Shown: positions 55,982-64,000 of the stretch, piece after piece
Layout of the letters: every line of letters begins with the position of its first letter
How positions within the stretch are numbered: position 1 is the first letter of the stretch
DNA from: a virus
IMG/VR virus record: IMGVR_UViG_3300049571_000380
Span: 96,001 to 160,000 of that record
DNA length: 64,000 nucleotides
Strand: one strand, 5' to 3'
Made by a program: the position numbers and the translations under genes
Notes under the pieces: generated by a model
What the model saw: only the letters and a program-made list of their open reading frames with translations
Told to the model about the DNA's origin: nothing
Database searches by the model: none

Positions 55982-57508
55982 TCACGGACCCACGGCGGCC
56001 CATGGACCGGCGAAGTCCGTACCCGTATTGATCTCCGGAACAAGCGGTGAAGGAAGCACAGTCCGGCCGGATCCGTTCTTGGCGAAACGCAGGTTGGCAG
56101 CCGTCAGGCCGACGTTCGCCACGGCCTCCACGCCAGTCCATCCGGATCCACGAGTCAAGGTGGGGGCGACCGAAGAGTTGAAGAGGAGGCCGACCCAGTA
56201 GAACGACCCAGCCGCGAGGGACTGACTGGTGATGGTGGTCGTCTTCAGACCGGCCGAGGAGATGGCCGAGTCGATCCCGGTCGAGGCCATCAGCGCTCCA
56301 GCCGAGGAGTAGAGGCCGACCCAGTTCTGCCCGGCCACGGCGCCGGACCCCGTGTTGCTGATCCACCAGTAGATCTTCGTAACGTTGACGGCTGCCGCGA
56401 TGTTGAGCCGCACCAGATACAGAACGCCGTTGGACATCTCGGTGGAGTTCACGGCGAGTGCCGGGTCGTAGCACCAGGCGGCCAGGCCGTGAGCAGCCGG
56501 AAAGTCCTGGCCCAGCGCATGGCCGGTGACGGCGACACTTCCCGTGACCGTGCCGCCGGAGGACGGGAAGGCACCGGTGATCCGGGAATCGTTGCCTGCC
56601 GCCACGGTTCCGCTGCCGGTGCCGATATCGGCCACTGCCGCACCCCCGAGCCCCAGGTTGTCCCGGGCGAGCGACGGGTCGAGCAGATCCGAGAGGTTGT
56701 TCGCCTTCTCCAGAGAATCCCCGAGACTCGACTCGACGGCAGTCACCCGGCCATCGAGTGCATCTCCATCCGCCTGGGTGAAGGCGCCGATCGACTCGGG
56801 GCTGACCGGGTCAGATCCTGCGGAGGCGTGACTGGCAGCATGGGTCGTAGGAGTGCGCGCGTTGGTGGTGGTCGGGTCGTCCGACTTCAGGGCGACGGTC
56901 GGCCCGTCTCCGGCGTCGCCGAGCGGCGGCTGTGGACCGACGGGCCCTTCCGCCCCCTCGGGTCCGACCAGGGAGGCAAGCCACTGCGATTCCGTTCCGA
57001 CGAATCCGTTGTCCACGGCCACGTCGTACGCCGACTCGCCGTCGGCGCCTGTCGCTCCGGCCGGACCGGCGGGTCCTTCCGCTCCGGCGGCTCCGGCCGG
57101 GCCGGCCGGTCCTGCGGGACCAGGAGGGCCGGGGGAAGGAACGAAGACGACTCCACCTTCCTCGATCGAGAGGAGGTCGCTGATATCCAGAGGGCCGTCC
57201 CCCTCTGGGACGGCGATGTATCCAGTGGTGCTGAAATCTCCGACATGCTGGTGGATTTTCCACAGACGGCCACTCGGGAGAACACCGGGATCGTCGGTGC
57301 ACACGAGGTCTTTCTGGAAGCTGCCATTCTCGGAGAGATTCACCCGGCCGGTCCCCAGAAGAATCTGGTTTCCGTCCTGGTCGGTCCACACGGACGGATA
57401 CGGCTCGAAGACCACGTACTGGTTACGCCCGTTTGTGCCGTCGTACGGCTTGCCCGTCACGGGGTTCACGTACGTTCCGGTGACCGTGCGCTGGGTGGGC
57501 AGAGCCAT
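55982..57508 (-). CDS. Tail-fibre-like protein, short paralogue with a collagen-like segment
   Basis: MALPTQRTVTGTYVNP N-terminus, GPAGPAG repeats, HAASHA motif, ANNLSDL...ARDNLGLG; C-terminal domain homologous to the end of the giant protein. Confidence 0.7.
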   Translation of the reverse strand: MALPTQRTVTGTYVNPVTGKPYDGTNGRNQYVVFEPYPSVWTDQDGNQILLGTGRVNLSENGSFQKDLVCTDDPGVLPSGRLWKIHQHVGDFSTTGYIAVPEGDGPLDISDLLSIEEGGVVFVPSPGPPGPAGPAGPAGAAGAEGPAGPAGATGADGESAYDVAVDNGFVGTESQWLASLVGPEGAEGPVGPQPPLGDAGDGPTVALKSDDPTTTNARTPTTHAASHASAGSDPVSPESIGAFTQADGDALDGRVTAVESSLGDSLEKANNLSDLLDPSLARDNLGLGGAAVADIGTGSGTVAAGNDSRITGAFPSSGGTVTGSVAVTGHALGQDFPAAHGLAAWCYDPALAVNSTEMSNGVLYLVRLNIAAAVNVTKIYWWISNTGSGAVAGQNWVGLYSSAGALMASTGIDSAISSAGLKTTTITSQSLAAGSFYWVGLLFNSSVAPTLTRGSGWTGVEAVANVGLTAANLRFAKNGSGRTVLPSPLVPEINTGTDFAGPWAAVGP

Positions 57509-57779
57509 TCGGGCCTCCTCGGATGCTGAGAGCAGCGTAGACGGAGGTCAGGCCGGATGGGATCACGGAATGCAGAACACCCCGCCCATCTTCCGGATGA
57601 GCGGGGTGTCGGTCAGCCCTCTTCGGGCGTCCAGCGGCGGCCGTAGCGGCGCTTCAGGCCCGTCTTGCGGACCTCGCGCCACGGGTCACGGACCGGGCGG
57701 CCGTTGCGCTTGTCCTTGTGAGGTGCGCAGAGACGGCACCCCTTCCACTGGCGATGCGGACTGTGCGCCATCGCGTTCC

Positions 57780-57818
57780 TTTCCCACTTCAGCCCCGCCT
57801 TGGGGCTGAAGTGGGAAA
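57780..57818. terminator. 17-bp perfect hairpin terminator
   Basis: tttcccacttcagcccc / ggggctgaagtgggaaa. Confidence 0.75.
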
Positions 57819-57857
57819 GGCGCGTCAGGAGTCATGCCGGAACTGTACCGGCCGGGC

Positions 57858-58964
57858 TCACAGCTTGACGAGGAGCTTCGTGTTCTTCTTGAGCTTGCGG
57901 TTGTAGCTGCCCGACATCACGAAGACCTTCAGGTCCGGGTTGAACCCGGCCTTCACCGAGAGGGTGCCGTTCGTGCGTCCGTCGGGGCCGAACAGCAGCT
58001 CGCGGGCGTCCTCGCCGCCGTAGACCTTCCGGGTCTTCTTGTCGTAGACCAGGACGTCCTTGTTGGACTGGACCGAGACGCGAACCCCCAGCTCGTAGTA
58101 CGCGGAGCGCGGGCGGTAGGGCTTCTCCGTGTGCTTCTCGACGAAGTCGCGGATCTCCATGCCGTCCTCGGCCGTCTCCACGTCGTAGATCTCGTAGGAG
58201 CCCCGGCTGAGCGGCTTCAGCACGGCCTTCACCGTGTTGATGTCGATGTCCTGGCCGACCGCGAAAAGGCTCTTCGTGCCGCGAACGCCCGCCTCGCGCC
58301 CCCGCAGGAAGCTCGTGGCCGCCGCCTTGACGGTGCCGATGGCCTCCTCGACGCCCTTCGTGGAGTCGGCATCCCAGGTGGCGATGTTACCCGCCGGGAA
58401 GCCGTAGGACTGGGCGGTGCGCTTGGCCAGCGAGCTGGGCACGAGGATCGCGGACGTCCAGTGGTCGGCGAGGCCGCCCATGACGGTCTGGATCCGGCGC
58501 AGCCAGCGGTCGAGCTGCTGGCGGTCCTGCACGCCGCCGTACGGGGAGGTGTGCATGTGGCCGCTCTCGGAGCAGCCGGAGGCGTTCTCCTCGCCGTCGG
58601 TCCACACGACCTGGAGGAAGGAGTGCTCACCGTACTTCTCGGAGACCTCCGTCTTGAGGTCTTCGAGCGAGAGCACCGACGCCTCGATCAGCGAGGTGGC
58701 TCCCCGGTCGACGTGGTAGACGCCCTTCATGGACGGCAGCGCCTTCACGTCCATGTCCCAGACGAGGCACTTCACCTCGTGGTCGAAGGCGTAGAGCGAG
58801 ATGCGGGTCTCGTGGCCGAGCGCGTCGGACTCCTCCTTGAGGCCCTTCACGAACTCGTCCACGACCCGGATGACGGTCGACTCGTGCTTCTGCATCGAGC
58901 CGGACTTGTCGATCACCAGGGCGACGTGGTTGACCTTGTGCTTCTTGAGGACGTCGGTGGTCAC
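57858..58964 (-). CDS. vWA-domain protein
   Basis: MIDAS VIDKSGSM, GATSL, VWTDGEEN. Confidence 0.85.
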   Translation of the reverse strand: MTTDVLKKHKVNHVALVIDKSGSMQKHESTVIRVVDEFVKGLKEESDALGHETRISLYAFDHEVKCLVWDMDVKALPSMKGVYHVDRGATSLIEASVLSLEDLKTEVSEKYGEHSFLQVVWTDGEENASGCSESGHMHTSPYGGVQDRQQLDRWLRRIQTVMGGLADHWTSAILVPSSLAKRTAQSYGFPAGNIATWDADSTKGVEEAIGTVKAAATSFLRGREAGVRGTKSLFAVGQDIDINTVKAVLKPLSRGSYEIYDVETAEDGMEIRDFVEKHTEKPYRPRSAYYELGVRVSVQSNKDVLVYDKKTRKVYGGEDARELLFGPDGRTNGTLSVKAGFNPDLKVFVMSGSYNRKLKKNTKLLVKL

Positions 58965-59131
58965 GTTCTTCTCCTTGATCCTGTGCGTTTTGTTCTCGTT
59001 CTCGTGGCTTGTTCTTGCGTGGTTCCCACTGTAGTGCACGGCACTGACAACGCGATCTGACCTGCACTTTTGCGTTCCAGACGTGTGGCCTTGTGGCAGA
59101 CTGCCGATCAATGGCAGTCAAGGAGGCGTGC

Positions 59132-60103
59132 ATGAAGATCGGCGTAACGGGATCTCAGGGCTTCATCGGCAGTTGGGCACGTCGAGAGCTTCTGCGACGC
59201 GGTCACGAGGTGGTCGTCTTCGACCGCTACCCGCGCACCCCGATGGCCGAAGGGGAGTCCTTCTTCCTCGGCGACATCGAGAACGCGAACTCGGTCACGG
59301 AACTGGCCGCTCACGTGGACGGGATCATTCACCTGGCGGCCGTGCTCGGCACCCAGGAGACGATCCAGAATCCCCGCCCGTCGGCCGCGACGAACATCCT
59401 GGGCGGTCTCAACGTCTTCGAGGCGGCCGTGCAGTACCACCTTCCGGTGGTCTACGCAGGTGTCGGCAACGCCTGGATGCGCGACCACGCGACCGGCAGC
59501 TACACGATCTCGAAGACCTGCGTCGAGGACTACGGCCGCATGTACAACGCCTACCGAGGCGGCCTCGTCTCGGTGGTCCGGCCGGTCAACGCGTACGGCC
59601 CGGGGCAGTCCGTCGCGGCGCCGTACGGGCCGTCGAAGGTGCGGAAGGTGCTTCCGGCGTTCGCCTGTCGCGCACTCACCGGTACGAGCATCGAGGTGTA
59701 CGGCGACGGCACGCAGGTGTCTGATTGTGTCTACGTCGAAGACGTAGCCAAGACGTTCGCAACGGCACTCGAATGGACGGCGACTCACGGGCCGATCGAG
59801 AAGCCGGTCGGCTGCGGCCCGAAGGTCTCAGCTACGATCAATGAGATTGCTGAGATGGTGGCTTCGGAAGCGGCTCGCGCCACTGGCAAGAACCCTGTAG
59901 GCGTGACCCACCTGCCCATGCGGCCGGGCGAAGTTCCGAACGCTGTCGTCCGAGCCGACACCGAGAGCCTGGGGCTGATCGGCATGGACGCAGATGACTT
60001 TCTCCCCCTGGATCAGGGGATCCGTAAGACTGTGGAGTGGTTCGCGGCCGAATGGCTGCCCTTCTGGGAAGTAGCGAATGGAAAAAAGATGCCCGGCATG
60101 TGA
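59132..60103 (+). CDS. NAD-dependent epimerase/dehydratase (extended SDR)
   Basis: GSQGFIG, HLAA, YTISK, RPVNAYGPGQ, SDCVYVED; AGGAGG RBS. Confidence 0.92.
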   Translation: MKIGVTGSQGFIGSWARRELLRRGHEVVVFDRYPRTPMAEGESFFLGDIENANSVTELAAHVDGIIHLAAVLGTQETIQNPRPSAATNILGGLNVFEAAVQYHLPVVYAGVGNAWMRDHATGSYTISKTCVEDYGRMYNAYRGGLVSVVRPVNAYGPGQSVAAPYGPSKVRKVLPAFACRALTGTSIEVYGDGTQVSDCVYVEDVAKTFATALEWTATHGPIEKPVGCGPKVSATINEIAEMVASEAARATGKNPVGVTHLPMRPGEVPNAVVRADTESLGLIGMDADDFLPLDQGIRKTVEWFAAEWLPFWEVANGKKMPGM

Positions 60104-60545
60104 AAAGGGCAAGCCTCTGGGTGATTTTTACGTCACAAAGAGGGGCACTTCGGAGGAGAAGATTTCGACATACTGCAAACAGTGCACAAGGGAAAGACAG
60201 AAAAGCTACGGGGAACGCAGCTCGGAAGAGATAAGTAGGCGACGAACCGCCCGACGAAACACTCCAGAAGGTCTTCGGAAGGAGCGGGATCGAGGGTGGA
60301 TGCGTCGCTACGGCATGACCTACGAACAGGTGGTTGACCTGCTGGAGCACCAGGGAGGATGTTGTGCATCCTGTGGCGACGAGGTGGAGATCGGCAAGAG
60401 TATGCACGTTGATCACTGTCACTCGTCGAACCAGGTTCGCGGCATCCTCTGCTCCGCCTGTAATCTGATGATCGGCCACGCAAAAGACGACCCAGAACGG
60501 CTTCGTCTGGCCGCGAAGTATCTGGAAAATTCTCAGAAACCCTGA
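60078..60545 (+). CDS. Endonuclease VII-type (His-Me) homing endonuclease
   Basis: CPACEK N-terminal Zn finger; CASC...HVDHCH...VRGILCSACNLMIG; visibly lower GC. Confidence 0.85.
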   Translation: MEKRCPACEKGKPLGDFYVTKRGTSEEKISTYCKQCTRERQKSYGERSSEEISRRRTARRNTPEGLRKERDRGWMRRYGMTYEQVVDLLEHQGGCCASCGDEVEIGKSMHVDHCHSSNQVRGILCSACNLMIGHAKDDPERLRLAAKYLENSQKP

Positions 60546-60559
60546 GAAGGGATGTCGTC

Positions 60560-61408
60560 GTGGACTATGTGATCGTTCCCCTGTGGCGCCGGGCCGGATT
60601 CGCTGCGGCATGCCTGCGACGGCTGGCCCGAGCCATGGACGGAGGGGTGCGCGTCATGCTCTCCGTGGATTGCGGCCACGACGAGGAGACGCTGGCCGTG
60701 GCCAAGGAGTTCGAGTACGCGCACCCGGGCCGGGCGGTTCTGAAGGTGCGCGAGATCGACTACCCGAGCGGCAGCTACAACGTCTTCACCGCGATGGGCG
60801 AGGCGCTGGACTGGGTGGGCCCCGACGATCTGGTGCACGTCCTGGAAGAGGACATCCTGATCGGCACGGGGTACTTCAGCTTCCACCGGGACACCCACAA
60901 GCTGGCGCCGGGCGCCTACTCGGTGAGCGCCTGCGAGAACATCTTCCTCGCCGACGACGTGCGGGTGCCGAACCGGCCGGATGCCGTCTACCTCTCGGGC
61001 GCCTTCCAGGTGTGGGGATCCAGCTACCGGCCGGAGAGGATCGGAAAGATCCTCAAGAGGCTCCGGCCGAACTACTTCCCCGAGATGGGCGCCGCCGTGA
61101 CGGCCGAGTTCGGCGAGGAGAACATGCTGCGCACGGGCCCGTTGTACGACGGTGTGATGGCCAACGACATGGCTCAGCAGGGTCTGCACGTCGCCTTCCC
61201 GTTCACGCCCCGGGCCTACCATGCGGGCTTCGAGGGCCTGAGCTACGGCGACATGGCACTCACGGGCCCGGCCGAGGAGCAGGCCGACGCCATCCTTGAA
61301 ATGTCGGGCGAAGAACTCAAGGCACGTTGCACTCTGCCCGGCGCCCGGTTCCGGCCGGTCGACCTGGACCGGAACCCGGGGCCGGTGAAGCGGGTCACCG
61401 CGTTCTGA
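60560..61408 (+). CDS. GT-A fold glycosyltransferase
   Basis: VIVPLWRR start, LSVD, VHVLEEDIL; co-oriented with the epimerase. Confidence 0.65.
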   Translation: MDYVIVPLWRRAGFAAACLRRLARAMDGGVRVMLSVDCGHDEETLAVAKEFEYAHPGRAVLKVREIDYPSGSYNVFTAMGEALDWVGPDDLVHVLEEDILIGTGYFSFHRDTHKLAPGAYSVSACENIFLADDVRVPNRPDAVYLSGAFQVWGSSYRPERIGKILKRLRPNYFPEMGAAVTAEFGEENMLRTGPLYDGVMANDMAQQGLHVAFPFTPRAYHAGFEGLSYGDMALTGPAEEQADAILEMSGEELKARCTLPGARFRPVDLDRNPGPVKRVTAF

Positions 61409-62146
61409 TCAGCCCCAGTACACGCAGAGCACGGGACGGAGCTGGAGCCACACGTCGGGCCCGTTGAACAGGTTCAGCCAGGAGATGACATACCGGATGT
61501 CGGGCGGCACAACGGGGGCGACGTGCTTCTGGGCGTGCCCGGCGTTGTCGAACCCCATCGACTTGGCCAGGTGGTCGGCCGCCTTCAGGCGGTCCTCACG
61601 CTTGTCGTCATCCTTCTCGGCCGCCTTCAGCAGCCGGTCGAAGAGCCGTTTGGCCGTGGAGTCCAGCTTCCGGCCGTCGCGGCTGTCCATGTACAGACCC
61701 TCGAAGGGGTAGATGCCGTACGGCATGGACACCACGCGGGGTTCGATGCCCGGGTGCAGCATCGCCTCCTCCTGCTGGTCGAGGTGGTCGCCGTACCGGC
61801 TCCAACCGCTGTAGCCGACCGGCTGGATAAGCAGCAGGTCGCGGAGCCCGGCATCCGAGCGGCAGGTAACCGGCCAGTCGAGCACGCCGTCCTTCTCGCG
61901 GGCCGCCTTCACCATTTCGATCGACATCGTCACGTCGAACCAGGCGTCGGACTGCTCCATGTCGTCGTCGCCGCGCCTCTCCGCGTCGCGCAGCGCCTCC
62001 AGGTACTCCAGGTACAGCGGAGCGAAGTCCTCCACGTAACGGCTGGCGCCGTCGAGGCTGACGCGCGGATCGGTCAACCGTCCGTGCTCGTCGCGCTCCA
62101 GGCCGGTCAGCGCCCAGCCGAGCTTCTTGTGCAGGCGGATGCCCAC
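61409..62146 (-). CDS. Hypothetical protein
   Basis: ORF from GTG (VGIRLH) with RBS. Confidence 0.55.
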   Translation of the reverse strand: MGIRLHKKLGWALTGLERDEHGRLTDPRVSLDGASRYVEDFAPLYLEYLEALRDAERRGDDDMEQSDAWFDVTMSIEMVKAAREKDGVLDWPVTCRSDAGLRDLLLIQPVGYSGWSRYGDHLDQQEEAMLHPGIEPRVVSMPYGIYPFEGLYMDSRDGRKLDSTAKRLFDRLLKAAEKDDDKREDRLKAADHLAKSMGFDNAGHAQKHVAPVVPPDIRYVISWLNLFNGPDVWLQLRPVLCVYWG

Positions 62147-62201
62147 GGTCTTCTCCTTCACGAGATCGAGCCGCCCGGCTCGGGCCGGGCGGCTGTGCCG
62201 G

Positions 62202-62951
62202 TCAGTAGACCGGCGGTTCCTGCGGGTTGCCCATGTCGATGGCCCGCTCGGGCCCACAGGCGTTGTACAGGGCTGCCACGGCCGGGCCAGCCTCGTCGGC
62301 CTCTCCGAGGTAGGCGGCGCCCTGGGGGCGCATCTTCCGGCGCCGGGCCGCGTACAGCTCGGCGGTGAAGGACTCCCCGCCGACGGCCTTCAGGTCGGCG
62401 TACGCCTGCTCCAGCTCGGGCAGCGTCTCGCGGGTGATCTCCTCGACGTCGCTGCCGCCCCACATGAAGACGTCCGAGACGTTGGCGTACAGCGTCAGCT
62501 TGCCGTCGTCGACCCGCCAGAACAGGTCGCCGTAGCTGTCGGCGTGCGACAGGGAGAAGATCTCCATGACGCGCGTGGCGAACGGGGTCTGGAGGGGCGG
62601 CCGGTCCGGGTTGTTGCGGTGCACGATCGCGTGCGCCGCCTGCCGGGCGATGGCCCACATCTCGCCGCCGGAGAGGCGGAACGGCTCACCGCGCCGGGCG
62701 GCGGCCGACGAGTTCGGCCCGAGGTGGACGGTGATGCCCTTCAGGGCGGGCTCGATCAGGTCGGTGAGCTGGTCGACGGTGTACGAGTCGTACCCGATCG
62801 AGGGGTAGCCGTCGGTGTCGGTGAACACCTTCGACATGTTCACGGTGGGCTCCGGCTTGATGCCGAACTCGCAGCCGCCCCACACCCGGGAGTGCTTGCC
62901 CTTGATGCGGCATTCCCGGTGGCATCCGGTGAAGTCGGTGTCGTCCGTCAC
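62202..62951 (-). CDS. Hypothetical protein
   Basis: 249-aa ORF with codon bias, coupled. Confidence 0.55.
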   Translation of the reverse strand: MTDDTDFTGCHRECRIKGKHSRVWGGCEFGIKPEPTVNMSKVFTDTDGYPSIGYDSYTVDQLTDLIEPALKGITVHLGPNSSAAARRGEPFRLSGGEMWAIARQAAHAIVHRNNPDRPPLQTPFATRVMEIFSLSHADSYGDLFWRVDDGKLTLYANVSDVFMWGGSDVEEITRETLPELEQAYADLKAVGGESFTAELYAARRRKMRPQGAAYLGEADEAGPAVAALYNACGPERAIDMGNPQEPPVY

Positions 62952-63205
62952 AGCTTGTCCTCCTGCGATCCACGGGGCGCCGGGCGCGGGTTCTCGGCGG
63001 TGGGAACGAAGCGTTCGTCGGGGTCCAGTTCGGCATGGTACGAGACGCCCAGGAGGGCGCCCGTGTGCGAGCGGTACTCGACGTCCTTGCCGGGGCAGCC
63101 GGAGCAGATCCGCCGGAAGCCTGTGCCGTTCTCCATGTCGCCGACGGCGTAGACGGTCTCTCCGTCCGGGGTTTCCCGGATCCTGCTGATGCGCTCCAGG
63201 GCCAT
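62948..63205 (-). CDS. Small hypothetical protein
   Basis: 85-aa ORF, coupled. Confidence 0.45.
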   Translation of the reverse strand: MALERISRIRETPDGETVYAVGDMENGTGFRRICSGCPGKDVEYRSHTGALLGVSYHAELDPDERFVPTAENPRPAPRGSQEDKL

Positions 63206-63474
63206 CAGACCAGCACCGCCATGTCGGGGCGGTCGGCGTGGCAGCGGACCAGGCTGCGCCGGACCAGCTCGTCGAGGGCGGCCGTCGGGATCGTCATGGC
63301 GACGACCTTCTGCGAAGCGCAGGCGAGAGCCGTGAGGTGGATCAGCGAACGCAGGGCGAGGTCGCTGATCTTCCAGTACGAGGCGGCCATCACCAGGCGG
63401 TCGACCGTGGCCGTGGTGCCCTCCTCCGGGTCACTGAACTCGGCCTTGACGATCGCCGTCACGGGAACGCTCAT
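63205..63474 (-). CDS. Small hypothetical protein
   Basis: 89-aa ORF with RBS. Confidence 0.45.
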   Translation of the reverse strand: MSVPVTAIVKAEFSDPEEGTTATVDRLVMAASYWKISDLALRSLIHLTALACASQKVVAMTIPTAALDELVRRSLVRCHADRPDMAVLV

Positions 63475-63586
63475 GTCTTTCTTCTCCTTCCGGATGGCCG
63501 CTCTCCGTTGTCGGCCACTGGTGAAATCCTCGCAGAAACCCGACGGCCGCAGTGTCCAGGATTGGTCACTGCGGCCGTAACGAGCG

Positions 63587-63781
63587 TCACACCGAAACGG
63601 CGACGGCGGGGTTGTTGAACGTGCGGCCGTTGTCCTCGTAGGTCACCCAGGGCTGGTTGTAGGAGTGCCCCAGGTTCGACCGGCAGCCGTACTTCGCGCT
63701 CGGCCGCATCGGCTTGACCCGCAGCTTGATCCGGCAGCCGCAGGACAGGATGGTCAGCACCGGCTCGTTGATGCGGCTCAC
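63587..63781 (-). CDS. Small Cys-containing hypothetical protein
   Basis: LSCGC...YGCRSNLGH; coupled. Confidence 0.45.
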   Translation of the reverse strand: MSRINEPVLTILSCGCRIKLRVKPMRPSAKYGCRSNLGHSYNQPWVTYEDNGRTFNNPAVAVSV

Positions 63782-64000
63782 CGGACCACCTCCAGCTTCA
63801 GCACCGGCATGGCCGGGAGCTGGACCACTGACCCCGATGCCACGGCCCTGGCGATCTGGTCGTACACCGGGCGGCCCGGCAGGGCCAGCCAGACGCAGCC
63901 GTTGTCACGGGCCGCCCGGCGCCATCCCGGTGACGTCGTGCTCCACGCGGCCTCGAAGTGCATGCCCATGAAGCTGCCGCCGGTTCCCTCCACGGTCAGC

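Noticed and set aside
862-63580. Numerous long + strand ORFs in the track (e.g. 862-2316, 12066-13646, 19091-21922, 23837-25777, 25839-28208, 49895-52870, 57834-59060)
   Set aside because: Antisense shadow ORFs of real minus-strand genes, typical of high-GC DNA; no motifs. Only the 3' part of 19091-21922 is the real GntR gene

Overview
High-GC actinobacterial (Streptomyces-like) mobile-element DNA, almost entirely coded on the minus strand. It looks like part of a large plasmid-phage or prophage. Phage-type genes include a RepB-like primase-helicase, a RecT-like/PD-(D/E)XK recombination pair with an intein, UvrD- and SNF2-type helicases, an amidase-LysM endolysin plus holin, and two paralogous tail-fibre-like proteins. 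Streptomyces plasmid-transfer-type genes include a GntR/UTRA KorA-like repressor, a SpdB-like membrane protein, an FtsK/TraB-like ATPase, and SLT and NlpC/P60 wall hydrolases. No capsid, terminase, integrase or par gene was recognised in the window. The most striking region is 40.1-44.1 kb. A Ro60/TROVE gene is preceded by a tandem array of three related Y-RNA-like ncRNAs, two with permuted tRNA-like domains and one minimal. About 1.1 kb further upstream, a separately promoted cassette holds one tRNA-Ile(GAT) and two tRNA-like RNAs with remodelled anticodon arms. A palindrome GGCCTAGGCC recurs at about 7 promoters and probably defines the regulon of the GntR repressor. All family assignments come from motif recognition by eye, not from database searches. 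Many starts were moved from the ORF track to RBS-supported codons.
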